Shown: positions 1 to 13,460, numbered from the stretch's first letter. The stretch: 64,000 nucleotides of DNA from Octopus sinensis (GCF_006345805.1 NC_043003.1:49042001-49106000); one strand, 5' to 3'. A program made the numbers and translations. Notes: a model not told the origin generated them from the sequence alone.

Positions 1-61
1 TATATTTATATATATAGAAAAACATGTGTGCATGAATGTATATATGTATATGTATGTATGC

Positions 62-94
<33 letters not shown>

Positions 95-324
95 TGTATG
101 TATGTATGTATATGTAGGTTTGTGTATATTGTTTTTACAAGAAAAGGATTGACTGTTTCTTTGAAGTTTCTTTTAATGTATATGCATATGTGCGTATACG
201 AATCTGAGCATAAGTGTGGGAGTGTTTTTATGCCTGTAGATGTAAACACACACACACGCGCGCGCGCACACGCATACACACACATCGTAAGACTGTATAT
301 TTGCGTATATGTGTGTATATGCTA

Positions 325-662
325 ATATAAAACAAACCGCTTCGGTCATGAATGACCATGGGATCATACCTAGAAAGTTCCCCTCCTAGGCAAAAGTCCG
401 GGCCAAGTTGTTTATGGGAAACCAGCAGTCACCCTATACATACCAGCCTCCCCCTCTCCACGCCACCGATGCTATCCAAGGGAAAAGACAAAGGCCGATA
501 CATCTTGGCACCAGTTGTATTCCAACTCATTTCTACAGCTGAGTGAACTGGGGCAACGTGAAATTAGGTGTCTTGCTCAAGAACACAACACAACAGCCTG
601 GTCCGGAAATCGAAGTCACTACTTCATAATTGTGAGTGCGACGCTCTAACCACTGAGCTATG
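325..662 (-). mobile_element. tRNA-derived SINE, family C1 (tRNA-like head, CORE-like body, long tail)
   Basis: Reverse complement starts tagctcagtggttagagcgtc (A box) ... gacttcgatttcc (B-box-like), then gttgtgttcttgagcaagacac...ccccagttcactcagctgtagaaatgag. A second copy lies at 49325-49655. Confidence 0.85.
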
Positions 663-699
663 TAGATATATATGTGTGTGTGTGTGTGTGTGTGTTGGA

Positions 700-885
700 T
701 GGACTCTTTTAGTAAAACAAAGGTCCAGCCTTACCACACTTGTGCAACTCTCACTCTACATGATAGTCACCGTGAAAGGTTACGTGTTTGTGGAATACTC
801 AGTCAATCCATATGTTAATTCAATTAGTAGATTGCCCTGTTGAACGAACAACTAGACTCTCATACGTCGAAATCGACGGTAGAGG
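700..885 (+). mobile_element. Degenerate 3' tail of SINE family D
   Basis: ggttacgtgtttgtggaatactcag...ctctcatacgtcgaaatcgacgg aligns with the tail of the family D copy at 57825-58200. Confidence 0.6.
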
Positions 886-1134
886 TCATCATGTTTTGAG
901 ACATACTGTACAATGTTCAATATGAAAATTTGCAATATAGAAGAAATTACCATGCCAAATAATCCATAGATCATAGATGGGATCAGTACAATGCCGCTTG
1001 GACACAAGTCTAAGTCTGATCAACTTTGGTATGGTCGTCTGGAAAAGATTGTATGTTGTAAGACCTGAAACAAACAATAATCCTAGGATAAAACACTGAC
1101 GATGAGTCCGAGTGTTACGTCTGTAGATGCATCT

Positions 1135-1279
1135 TTTTGTTTCTGTCATTGGACTGCGACCAAATCGACCTCGGTACTTATTTTATCCAAACCTGTCACA
1201 TGTTCTGTCATTTCTACTACCAAACCGTTTAGTTACAGGGGCTTAAATAAGGCGAATCGGTTCTCAAGCAGTGGAGTAG

Positions 1280-1319
<40 letters not shown>

Positions 1320-1577
1320 CACAACACACACACACCACACACACACTTTCTTTCTCACTATCACTCTCACATATACGATAGGTTTCCACAGTTTCTGCCT
1401 ATCAAATTCGACGGGATTCCACACAGTTTCTGCCTACTAAATCCACTCACAAAGTATTGGTTTCGGTTCGGTCTATAGTAAAAGACATCTACTCAAGGTG
1501 CCTCGCAGTGGTAACGAACCAGAAACCGCGTGGTTGAAAGCGAGCTTCTTAACCTCACACCTATGCCTGCGCCTATA
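1135..1577 (-). mobile_element. SINE family A (tRNA head, internal microsatellite, conserved tail), degenerate
   Basis: Head remnant aaatccactcacaaag...caaggtgcctcgcagtgg, internal (CA)n and tail remnant gtcattggactgcgacc...aaatcgacc match the other family A copies. Confidence 0.75.
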
Positions 1578-1958
1578 TTTTCAACTATTTGATTATAGGA
1601 TTTATAAACCGGATATATAAACACAGCCTGAAACTCAATATATCATCTGTAGGCAAGGGATCAATACATTGATAAACCTCATCTCATGAAATGTCAATGT
1701 TCTCAACATTTTGAATTCCAGACAGAAACGCAGATATTTTTAATGTTTAATAATTAACTCCAACTATATTAATACAAAACTAAGTGAATATATAATATAT
1801 AACTATATACATACATAACATCAAAGAAAAATACTTAGATTTTCATAAATTTATAAATGGAAGCATTTAGCCTACATACGCTTCCGGAGAGAGTGAATTG
1901 AAAAACGCATATAGTATTTTGCGTCTGGAATCACTTCTCATCCCTAGCCGGTGGTTGT

Positions 1959-2005
1959 CATACACTGATGACAGGTTACTACTCAGAAACCCGGGTCCGT
2001 GTGTA
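1959..2005 (+). ncRNA. Degenerate type I hammerhead ribozyme motif
   Basis: cataca-CTGATGA-caggttactactca-GAAAC-ccgg-GTC-cgtgtg: intact core and palindromic stem III (ACCCGGGT); stem I has 5 of 6 pairs; stem II pairs poorly. Confidence 0.55.
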
Positions 2006-2074
2006 TCACGTCAGGCTAGAGACGGGAACGATGATTTCCCTTCGCAAATAACATATTTATCATGTATTTAATTC

Positions 2075-2200
2075 TGCTAAGGTCGACTTTGCCTTTCATT
2101 CTTTCGGGATTGATAAATCAAGTACTAGGGTCGATGTCATCGACTAGTCCTCCCTCCACAAATTTCAGGCCTTGTGACTTTAGTAGAAGGGATGTTTATC
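2075..2200 (+). mobile_element. SINE family B 3' part (B2 tail)
   Basis: ggtcgactttgcctttcattctttcggga...gtcgatgtcatcgactagtcctccctccacaaatttcaggccttgtg. Confidence 0.8.
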
Positions 2201-3671
2201 ATGTATTTATATATACATACACGATATGCATGTATATAGTACCTGGGAGGGAAATATGAGGGAAACATGAATTTTCAAATCGGGATACATATATCAACAT
2301 ACACATACTAACCTTCATGCATAACTACACACATTAGCGCATATACTGAATGTGAACTTATTAGTGCATGTATGTGAAAAGAAAAAGGTTGGGCATATAT
2401 TTCCTACATCATGCTGGGCCTCCGGTAGAGATCTTAGGAGAATTGTACTGGAAGCTCCGGACTTTTAGACAAAGGCCTTCAACAGTCATTAACAGCGTTT
2501 TCAGAAAGAGTTAAACAGAAAAAAATTAAATGTAAACATCTGTTGAGTTAATTGGATATTTTATTGAAAGTTTAAACCCATAGTAAAGAATGCCTTTAAT
2601 GAATTCAATAAAGCTAAATTGAGGATTCATTTAAATAAAGGAAACGTGCTTTACGCGTCTTTTTTTTAAAGCAAATATTTTTATTTCCTTGAAATGAATT
2701 TTCACTGCAAGCTTGTTCTTAATATTAAATCATCCAGTCCCTCTCATGTCAACGTGCTCTTCAAGAAGCTCTCAATGAGTTTTACTTTGCCGAAGATATC
2801 AAATTTTTTATTATGTTTTATATTTGATTTGGCATTATATCGTCACCAAAGTTTGATGAATGCATTGTTATAATGTGCTTCGTTTCTACTTCAATGTATT
2901 CTGAAGGCTCACCTGAGTATGTTCATATAATTAAATTCATCAGCATGGTTCAACATTGTCACAGAACGCCGAACACCATTATGTTCGCAATGTCAAACCG
3001 TTTTGACATTTCGTCAATCTCTAAATAACGTCATCAAAAAAAAAAAAAAAATGAAAGAAAGAAAGAAAGAAAGAAAAAATTCAGATTTAATTTCCCCATA
3101 ACTCGAACATTCTCCTGTGTCCTACCATCGCCATTCACTGACAATAAGTCGTTCTCTTTCTTATCTTCCCGTTTTGATAGGAGATCGGTGTCAATTTTGG
3201 TTTCCTCATTCTGCTTTATTTGAAATTTGCGACCATTTCCCTAGAAACTAATATATATATATATATATATATATGTTATAGGGATATGTGTATTTTTAGT
3301 TTTAATACACAAAACAGTCGCTATTGCACCGATAGACCATTTATAATAATCTAATTTACGTATCAAATATAAAAATATATAAACCAAAAAATAAAACAAG
3401 TTATAAAAAAAAAAAAACAAACACCAGGCATTTTTCTGGGTCCGGAGTATATTTTCGGGTTTGGACTGTTGGGCACTAATTTTCCTTTTTACAGTAATCT
3501 CTTACTGTAATTCATATCCTATCATTAAAAAAATATATACAAAATTCATCTGTAAGATATTTTTAATGAAAATTTCTTAAAGCTGAAGCTGATGAGAAAT
3601 GTTTAACTTATATTCAATGACAATTTTATGGTAAAAATCTGGAAATAAATATGGTTTTAGAATATCTTCAG

Positions 3672-3715
3672 AAGAGTATATCACCATCATCACCATCACC
3701 ATCACCACCACCACC

Positions 3716-3769
<54 letters not shown>

Positions 3770-3820
3770 GACAACAACAACAAAAACAGTAACAACAACA
3801 ATAACATCAACAACAATTTA
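3672..3820. repeat. Compound trinucleotide microsatellite (CAC/CAT/CAA)
   Basis: Directly visible; source of the poly-P/S/T and poly-M/V/L ORFs. Confidence 0.95.
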
Positions 3821-4861
3821 TTTTTCATTTGTTTTAAGATAATCAATTTTGTCAACGTGTTTTAACTAGAAAAAAATTGCCTCACTTTGATCTACATCCA
3901 TCGATTATTGACTCTTTAAACGAGTCCTTAATCAACAGGGAATGAAAGCGAATAATTTACGAAATTCTGTTACATTTTGTTGTTTTAGTCACGCTTGATT
4001 TAAAGTTCGAAAAAAATAATTGAAAACTTTAATATTGAAAGAAAACAGAGAATAAGGTATTGAACTGATGATGAGTGATACCAAGCAGATGTCACTATTT
4101 AAATATGAACCCCCCCATTATCTTGATACAAAGCTTAACCTTGAAACTTAGCCAAATATAGATGTTATATAAATGGCTAACCGCACGCCACCAGACTGAT
4201 CAAAAATTTAAAACCCCGGCTTTTAAGTATGGTTGGCCATTTGCAACATCAAAACAATGCTACATTGCAACTGAGGAAATTACCTAATGTATAAGTAATT
4301 AAGAACACTCAATGATTTGAGAAGACATTTATTTGCCTCGAACTCTTAGCAATACGGAAGTTTGTAGCAAAGTAGGTTGGGTGCATGACATCACGGGATA
4401 TAAATTTCAGATTACCCTTGTTTCATTTTACGACATAATCGCTCAAGATCGTGACCAGATTATGGAAGGGCAAAAGGAAAGAAAGAATATTATTTCAGCT
4501 AAATCAGAAAAATGGGTACTGGTGATGTGAACAGATAAAAGGTAATAGGAAATCAAGTTCGAAGGTTACATTGCAAGTGATATGAAATCAGTTTTAGATT
4601 TCTGGACAGTAACTTGAAATGGGTCAAGCTTGTAGCCTTTACACTGAATCAGTTGGGTAACATCAGCTGTTAGTATACTTAACAACAATTGAAACATATC
4701 AGTACTGAGTCAGTCGAACACAATTATATATTATAGAAGGTAGAGGAATTGAAAGACCGAATAGACGGTAGAACAGATTGTAAGTGAAAAAGAAACACAA
4801 AGAAAATAATTGAAAGATAAGTGTAGTTAGTAATTGAAAAGGACACGGAGTTGATGATGCT

Positions 4862-4899
<38 letters not shown>

Positions 4900-4949
4900 A
4901 CACACAGAGGCACACACACACTTACAAACACTTACACTCACAACACTTA

Positions 4950-4993
<44 letters not shown>

Positions 4994-5057
4994 CACATAC
5001 ACACACACAGAGGCACACACACACTTACAAACACTTACACTCACAGACACTCACGCA

Positions 5058-5093
<36 letters not shown>

Positions 5094-5165
5094 ATATCAC
5101 ACACACACAGAGGCACACACACACTTACAAACACTTACACTCACAGACACTCACGCACATACATA
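4862..5165. repeat. (CA)n tract with a ~55 bp higher-order unit repeated three times
   Basis: cacacagaggcacacacacacttacaaacacttacactca recurs near 4901, 5005 and 5105. Confidence 0.9.
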
Positions 5166-5367
5166 CTTAAGCATACACATGTTTGTGATAAAATGGAAGA
5201 ATGATATCTCAACACCACATAGGTGAATAAAAAATTTCATTATATAATAATTCAGATGTTCAATGCCGTAGGTTCCGTGCAAATATATTCGTAGCTATTC
5301 AATCGAAGTTTGAATAATTGCGAATTTATTCGCACGAAACGTTTTTGTTGTCGGACAAGTGAATTAT

Positions 5368-5424
<57 letters not shown>

Positions 5425-5684
5425 ACACATACACACACACACACACACACATACACACACAAACATATATATATATATATATACATATATATCTTTACAC
5501 AGATTATACAGCTTCCTATAAGACGACTATATATATGCGTGGCAAGAAGCTTGCTTCCCAACCACATGGTTCCGGGTTCAGTTTCATTGCATGAAATCTT
5601 GGGCAAGTGACTTTTGCTGTAGTCTAGGACCGACCAAAGCTTTGTGAGTGAATTTGGCTAACGGGAACTGAAAGAAGCCCGTTG

Positions 5685-5715
<31 letters not shown>

Positions 5716-5835
5716 TATATATTTTATAGTAAAATATTATAAAATATTATTAGAGACAAAACCACTATTTTGCAAAACAAACAAGGAAGACTTAATCAAT
5801 ACATAAAATTTTAATAAATAGTCAAAAAACCGCCG

Positions 5836-5877
5836 CCACTACAATCGTTTCTTGTCTTGATCGACATCTTCAGGTGG
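5836..5877 (-). ncRNA. Type I hammerhead ribozyme (left arm of palindrome)
   Basis: Reverse complement ccac-CTGAAGA-tgtc-gatcaa-gaca-a-GAAAC-gatt-GTA-gtgg; one extra base before GAAA relative to the right-arm copy. Confidence 0.7.
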
Positions 5878-5937
5878 ACTTCCAATAATTCAGTGTCAAA
5901 TTATGACTTCATAATTTGACACTGAATTATTGGAAGT

Positions 5938-5980
5938 CCACCTGAAGATTGTCGATCAAGACAAGAAACGATTGTAGTGG
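5938..5980 (+). ncRNA. Type I hammerhead ribozyme (right arm of palindrome)
   Basis: ccac-CTGAAGA-ttgtc-gatcaa-gacaa-GAAAC-gatt-GTA-gtgg: stem I ccac/gtgg, 5-bp stem II, short stem III, predicted cleavage after GUA (5976). Confidence 0.8.
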
Positions 5981-6169
5981 CAGTTTTTTTGACTATTTAT
6001 TAAAATTTTATGTATTGATTAAGTCTTTCCTTGTTTGTTTTGCAAAATAGTGTTTTGTCTCTAATAATATTTTATATATATATAATAACATATATTTATA
6101 TATATGTATATGTATATATATATATGTGTATATATATATACATGTATATGTATATATATATATGTATAA

Positions 6170-6207
<38 letters not shown>

Positions 6208-6856
6208 TGTATTTATATATATATTTATATATATATATGTATTATATATATATTTGAATGCATGTGTCTGTGTTTGTTCCGCGCCATCGCTTGACAACCG
6301 ATGCTGGTGTGTTTACGTCTCCGTAAATTAGTGGTTCGGCAAAAGAGAAGGATAGAATACGTACTAGGCTTATAAAGAATAAGTCCTTGGTTCGATTTCT
6401 TCAACCAAAAACCCTTTAAGCTGGTGCTCCATTATGGCCACAGTCAAATGACTGAAACAAGTAAAAGAATATATATATATATATATATATATTAACATAT
6501 ATAAATTGCAGGAAAACTTATTTCTGTACAAAAATATATGATGTACATTGAGGGGAAAGAGAATATATTTGAAATTAAATTTCCATACAATATGTCGGAA
6601 TTAGTTCTATCATTTGAGATGCCTCAAACCAGTTCAAGTGGCAGCATGGAAACAAATCTAATGTCAACTAATATATTATTAATTTCATATTAATTTGCGT
6701 TTATTGGTCTGGGAGCAAACGCGGACCTCAGGCACTTGCCCATGCTAGGCCTCCACCCACGTCTCGGTGGTTGTGCATGCTGGTATTTACTCCTACTCAC
6801 GTCTATACATTCAAATATATTTTGATATATACATATATTCGTGTGTGTGTGTATAC

Positions 6857-6887
<31 letters not shown>

Positions 6888-7027
6888 AATATGTGTGTGT
6901 GTGTGTATGTATGTGTGTGTATGTGTATATATGCATTTATATGTATATACACAAGCATATATAACACACAACCACATGAGTTCACATATATTTGAGTATA
7001 TACGTTCGTGTAAACCTATCTATCTAC

Positions 7028-7104
<77 letters not shown>

Positions 7105-7390
7105 CATCTAACTATCTATGAACATATATATGTGTGTCTACTATATAAATATGCTCTCTCACACAGACATATACGTACACATATATATATGTATATACAT
7201 ATACCAGAGTAAGCACATAAATGCGAAGAAAGGGGAAAAATAGTACTCGAATACCAGAGGGAGTGTAAAATGGTCTTTTAAAAAGCAGTAAGAATATCAC
7301 AAAAATATATCCATATAAATATATATATATATACATGTGTGTATTTATGTATCTATATACTTACACATGTACACACATACACATATATAT

Positions 7391-7461
<71 letters not shown>

Positions 7462-8170
7462 CATACATACATATATACATAAATATATATACAGGGAGGG
7501 AGAAGGAGAGATAGGTGGAGAGAGGAATAGAAAATCGACAGAAAGCGTGCAATAAATTTGCCAATATATACGTGCACACACACATATATATATACATCCA
7601 TACACATATACATGCATACACATATACATACATATTTATATATAATATATGTGTATGTATGCGTGTGTGTATGCGTATAATCGCATTACACACGCACATA
7701 CACAGGAACGTATATACACGCATTATTTAGCTTTCGGGGAGGAAGACAGAAATGATTTTGGGAATTGGACCAAAGAAGCTGGTTGTTCTTGCTTAATGTA
7801 TTTGTGTGTGAATGTGTGCACCTGTGAGCGTGTATCTGTGTGTAGAATTATATTTGTGCGTATGTCATGATATTTCAGTTGTAGATGTTGTTGTAATTGT
7901 TGTGTTGAGTGGACGTATCCGATGGCTCTAATTATGAATTTATTGTCAGATAACTACGATTGGGGAATTGGTACTGGTGAAACCTGACGGCAGGAAAGGC
8001 TAGAGAGAGAGAGAGATGAGAGATAGATGAGAGAGAGAGATGATGAGGATGAGTGAGTTGGAGCTAGTGTTTTGAGATGGAATGTGTCAGAAAACGTGGC
8101 GAGTAGTTGATGCGATTGCTGGAACGACAAGGAGCGAGGAGAAAGGAAAGAGGAACGAATAGAAGGTTTA

Positions 8171-8174
<4 letters not shown>

Positions 8175-8228
<54 letters not shown>

Positions 8229-8235
8229 GAGACAG
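8175..8235. repeat. (GA)n microsatellite within a purine-rich tract
   Basis: Directly visible. Confidence 0.95.
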
Positions 8236-8574
8236 ATAGAGGGAGATGATGGAGACTATGGAGAAAGAGATGAGTGGAGAGAGACAAGGACGAAGAGAGA
8301 GATAGAGAGATACTGCGGAGAAGGGTAAAACAAAAACAAAAAATAACAGGAGAAACCAAAGAGGGAAGCGGGACATTTGAGAGCAGAGATATTAGAAAGG
8401 TGAAAGAGTGGGGGTGATAAAAAAGAGAAGGAGGAAGGATATATAGAGGGGGAGGTAGAGTGAGAGAGGACAAAAAGTTGAACAGAGTGTATGTGAAAAA
8501 GGAAGACGAAGGGAATAATTAAGAGAGGAGTTTAGTTAATGGCCGTATTTAGTTAAGAAGGGAGAGATGGATAC

Positions 8575-9030
8575 TCTTTTACTCTTTTACTTGTTTCAGT
8601 CATTTGACTGTGGCCATGCTGGAGCACCTTTAGTCGAGCAAATCGACCCCAGAACTTATTCTTTGTAAGCCTAGTACTTATTCTATCGGGCACTTTTGAC
8701 GAACCGCTAATTTACTGGAACGTAAACACACCAGCATTGGTTGTCGAGTGATGTTGGGGGGACAAACACAGACACACAAACAGATACACACACACACACA
8801 CAAAACACACACATACATACACACATACATATATACATATACATATATACATATACATATATACGACGGGCTTCTTTCAGTTTCCATCTACCAGATCCAC
8901 TGACAAGACTTTGGTCGGCCCGAGGCTATAGTAGAAGACACTTGCCCAAGGTGTCACACAGTGGGACTGAACCCGGAACCATGTGGTTCGTAAGCAAGCC
9001 TCTTACCACGCAGCCACTCCTACGCCTATA
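8575..9030 (-). mobile_element. SINE family A, full length
   Basis: Tail ttttactcttttacttgtttcagtcatttgactg, internal CA/TA tract, head gacgggcttctttcagtttcc...ggactgaacccggaaccatgtgg. Confidence 0.92.
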
Positions 9031-9105
9031 GTTGAGGTTATATATGTGTGTGTGTGTATGTGTGTGAATAAATGAATATACATTTATATCCATATATGTA
9101 TGTCC

Positions 9106-9138
<33 letters not shown>

Positions 9139-9502
9139 TGTATGTATGTATGTATGTATGTATGTATTATGTATGTATGTATGTATGTATGTATGTATGT
9201 ATGTATGTATGTATGTATGTGTGTGCCTGTGTGTGTCTGTGTATGACAGCTATTGGCCAAGAAACACGCGTCCGCTATTCTCTTATCTCCAGACAAGAAG
9301 CCTGTCTTTTTCCTTTATAGTATGTCAACTTTGGGGGAATTCTTGAACCTTGAGATAATCTCTTTCTCCAAAGAGAAGCTGGTATTAATTGGCATTTGGT
9401 AATCATGATATATCCTCTAGAGACGGAGGCAATTTCAATAAATCAAGAATCCATTTATAGGCTATTTGATGTACTTGTATTTCTCTCTCCCCGCTTCTCT
9501 CT

Positions 9503-9599
<97 letters not shown>

Positions 9600-10301
9600 T
9601 TATATATATATATATATGCATGTATGTATGTATATGTATACACACACGCGCGTTCACACACACACATACACAAACACATATATATATGCACGCGCACATA
9701 CACACTTAAGCTCTTCCCTCTCTATGGAGCATAGGTTGTCGACGACTTTTTCCCCGCACCGTTGCAAGGATTTAACTATATTGCAGATATACATACGTAC
9801 ATACATGCATACATACATATATGCACACACGCGCGCGCGCACACACATGCAAGTACACACATATATATAGGCGCAGGCATGACTGTGGTAAGAAGTTTAG
9901 CTCTCAACCATATGGTTTCACAAGCAACTTCTACTATGGTGAGCAAGAGAGCAGCAAAAGAGCTGTACATGTAAGTATGTATGTATGTATGTAAGTATGT
10001 ATGTATGTATGCATGTATGTATGTATGCATGCATGCATGTATGTATGTATGTATGTATGTATGTATGTATGTATGTATGCATGTATGTATGTATGTATGC
10101 ATGTACGTATGTATTTATGTATGTATGTGTGTATTTATGTGTGTGTCTTCTATTTTTTAATTATTATAAATCTTCAACTGAGGAGGAAGCCGGTTTCCAA
10201 CAAAAATACAAGGATCCATCTTTGGGATGCAGTTTAACACAGACAAATTCACATTTGGAACTTGAGAAAAGTCTTGCATATTTTTACTGTTCCACTCACA
10301 G

Positions 10302-10373
10302 ATTGCACTTGTAATGTACGGATTAGCCGGTCGATTTCTCTTTCCGAAAATCCCAGTTTATTCAGATTCTTCT
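10302..10373 (+). CDS. Candidate 72-nt exon of an unidentified host gene
   Basis: Acceptor tttttactgttccactcacag, donor TCT|gtaagc; length divisible by 3 and open in two frames (IALVMYGLAGRFLFPKIPVYSDSS or DCTCNVRISRSISLSENPSLFRFF). No homology recognised. Confidence 0.3.
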
Positions 10374-10545
10374 GTAAGCATTTACTAACAAAACTTAGTG
10401 AATTGGTATGCATATGAATTCATAGTCTAGATAGGTGGAGGCTTCCAAGCAATTGTCCATAGCTATCCTCTTTTTCTTTGATTTTCAAAAGAGATATTTT
10501 ATATATGTATGTATGTATGATTTTATTATTCATTTTATTTCAAGA

Positions 10546-10900
10546 TTATTTGGCAAGCTTACAGTGACAAGCAATGGGTCACAAACAATGTTTCGAGTGG
10601 TACGGACGCTTCACAAGAGGAAGAACGTACTTGGAAGACGACGAGCGAGCTGGAAGACCTGCCACGAGCGTCAGCCAGGGAAATATGGAGAAAATCCATC
10701 AGGTTGTGGATGATGATCGCCAGGAGACAATCAACGACGTCTTGAAGCGTTTGAGGGAGGACATTTGGCGAAAGCGACCGGACCTTTCGAGCGCCAAGAA
10801 TTGGATTCTTTACGACGACAATACACCCTGTCACCGACCTCTCCTCACTCGTGAGTTACTCGCCAAAAACAACATGGTGTCGCTTCTGCAACCGCACCCG
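10546..10900 (+). pseudogene. Internally deleted mariner transposase relic
   Basis: GHKQCFEWYGRFTRGRTYLEDDERAGRP (mariner N-terminal HTH region) fused to LKRLREDIWRKRP...WILYDDNTPCH (catalytic HDNAPxH-like motif). Confidence 0.85.
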
Positions 10901-10929
10901 TATATGTGTGAATGCATACATAAATACAT

Positions 10930-11350
10930 ATGTAGGAGTGGCTATGTGGTAAGTAGCTTGCTTGCCAACCACATGGTTCCGTGTTCAGTCCCATTGCGTG
11001 GCACCTTGGGCAAGAGTCTTCTGCTATAGCCTCGGGCCGACCAAAACCTTGTGAGTGGATTTGGTAGACGGAAACTGAAAGAATCCCGTCGTATATATAT
11101 ATACATATATGTATGTGTGTGTGTGCTTGAGTGTCTCTGTTCGTCCCCCCCCAACATCGCTTGACAACCGATGCTGGTGTGTTTACAGTCCCGTAACTTA
11201 GCGGTTCAGCAAAAGAAACCGATAGAATAAGTAGTAGGCTTACAAAGAATAAGTCCTGGGGTCGATTTGCTCGACTAAAGGCGGTGCTCCAGCATGGTCA
11301 CAGTCAAATGACTGAAACAAGTAAAAGAGTAAAAGAGTAAAAGAGTAAAT
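10930..11350 (+). mobile_element. SINE family A, full length
   Basis: ggagtggctatgtggtaagtagcttgcttgcc head through gactgaaacaagtaaaagagtaaaagagtaaaagag tail. Confidence 0.93.
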
Positions 11351-11844
11351 ATGTATTTATGCATAATACATACATACGCACGCACACACACACACACACA
11401 CACAACACACGCACACATGTAGGTATGTATACAGGGAGAAGGAAGAGAAAGAGACTAAAAAAAAAAAAAAGGTGGCGGACAAGAAAATTAAAACAAAAAC
11501 CCGGAAAGTACGAAAGAAACAAAACAAAAAATGAAACAAGAAGAATAAAATAAACAGCGGAAATGTAATTGTAGCGGCTGATCGTTGTTCGGATAGGATA
11601 GAAATATGAATTTTCATCTACTGTACTTAGAAAAAGAAAAGAAAAGAAAAGAAAAGAAAAAAAAACAGAAAAGAAAAATCAATAAAGTAGACGTACATTT
11701 CTGGTTCAGCTTTTGTATTTTGAAATGGCGATAAATTGCCGCGGAATAGGGGCTTCAAAGCAGGGAAAATAATACAAAAGTTCTCTTTACACAGAACACA
11801 TATGAGATACGATTTAGTATTAGATGGCGTTGTTGTTGATAGCG

Positions 11845-11946
11845 GTGGTGGAGGTGACGATGATTATGATTATGATTATGATTATGATGATGGCGATGAA
11901 GATGATTGTGGTGGTGGTGGTGGTGATAATGATGATGATGATTATA

Positions 11947-11981
<35 letters not shown>

Positions 11982-11985
11982 GGCG
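11845..11985. repeat. GAT/GGT/GATTAT trinucleotide microsatellite
   Basis: Directly visible. Confidence 0.95.
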
Positions 11986-12024
11986 AGGGATTGTTATGTT
12001 TTGAGATGGACAAGAACATATACT

Positions 12025-12247
12025 CTTTACTCTCTTTTACTCTTTTACTTGTTTCAGTCATTTGACTGCGGCCATGCTGGAGCACCGCCTTTTTTTAGTC
12101 GAGAAACTCGACCCCGGGACTTATTCTTTGTGTAAGCCCAGTACTTATTTTATCGGTCTCTTTTTGCCGAACCGCTAAGTTACGGGGACGTAAACACACC
12201 AGCATCGGTTGTCAAGCAATGCTAGGGGGACAAACGCAGACACACAA

Positions 12248-12284
<37 letters not shown>

Positions 12285-12460
12285 ATATACATATATACGA
12301 CAGGCTTCTTTCAGTTTCCGTCTACCAAATCCACTCACAAGGCATTGGTCGGCCCGGAGCTATAGCAGAAGACACTTGCCCAAGATGCCACGCAGTGGGA
12401 CTGAACCCGGAACTATGTGGTTGGTTAGCAAGCTACTTACCACACAGCCACTCCTAGCAT
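12025..12460 (-). mobile_element. SINE family A, full length
   Basis: Same head and tail as 10930-11350 in reverse orientation. Confidence 0.93.
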
Positions 12461-12475
12461 AGTTAATGGGTAATG

Positions 12476-12506
<31 letters not shown>

Positions 12507-12671
12507 CATACATACATACACACATACATATATTTTTTCTTTGCAGTTTCAGCTCAGAGCTGCGGCCATATTGGAGCACCGCCGTTTTGCTACACTGTTA
12601 TTACTGAGGGCCTCCTCTAATATGTGGTACTTGGTGAAAAATGGAGTCTGATGTGCTACCCTCATTTTCAT

Positions 12672-12743
<72 letters not shown>

Positions 12744-12995
12744 TCATAAATATATATGTACACGCATATACAAACATATGTACACGCACATATATATACA
12801 TATATAGTAAAACATTCACATAGATGTATATGTACACGTATATGTATTTATAAGTGCGTGTGTATGCATGTATATATATAATATGTATTGTATATATGTA
12901 TGTATGTTTGCCTGTGTGTGTGTATATAATATACATACAAACATATATATTACATAGAAAACAAAAATGTTTAATATATATATATATATATATAT

Positions 12996-13036
<41 letters not shown>

Positions 13037-13169
13037 CATACATACATATATAAATATATATACATTTTCTCGCTCAAAATCATCTAAACATATAATTGTC
13101 CGTCCGACCATCGATCCATTTATCTATCAATCAGTCTGTCTTTCTGTTTGTCTGTATGTCTTTCTGTTT

Positions 13170-13460
<291 letters not shown>

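Larger units (their letters stand above)
5739..6075. mobile_element. ~335 bp near-perfect palindromic element (Penelope-like terminal-repeat derivative) inserted in (TA)n
   Basis: Arms 5739-5906 and 5909-6075 are reverse complements with a few indels, around a 2-nt centre (caaattatga-ct-tcataatttg). Confidence 0.85.
5510..6470 (+). mobile_element. SINE family A split by an insertion in its internal (TA)n
   Basis: Head 5530-5685 (gcttgcttcccaaccacatggttccgggttcag...gaaagaagcccgttg) and tail 6255-6470 (atcgcttgacaaccgatgctgg...gactgaaacaagtaaaaga). Confidence 0.9.

Noticed and set aside
860-1030. Minus-strand hydrophobic frame (CPSGIVLIPSMIYGLFGMVISSILQIFILNIVQYV...) with a gtatga donor
   Set aside because: The donor and last codons fall in a SINE D tail relic and the acceptor is weak; not supportable as an exon.
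1090-1125. ctgacga...gtc hammerhead-like string
   Set aside because: No GAAA and no stem II.
10175-10215. ctgagga-ggaagccggtttcc hairpin resembling a hammerhead
   Set aside because: Lacks GAAA after the stem; better explained as similarity to a LINE 3'UTR.
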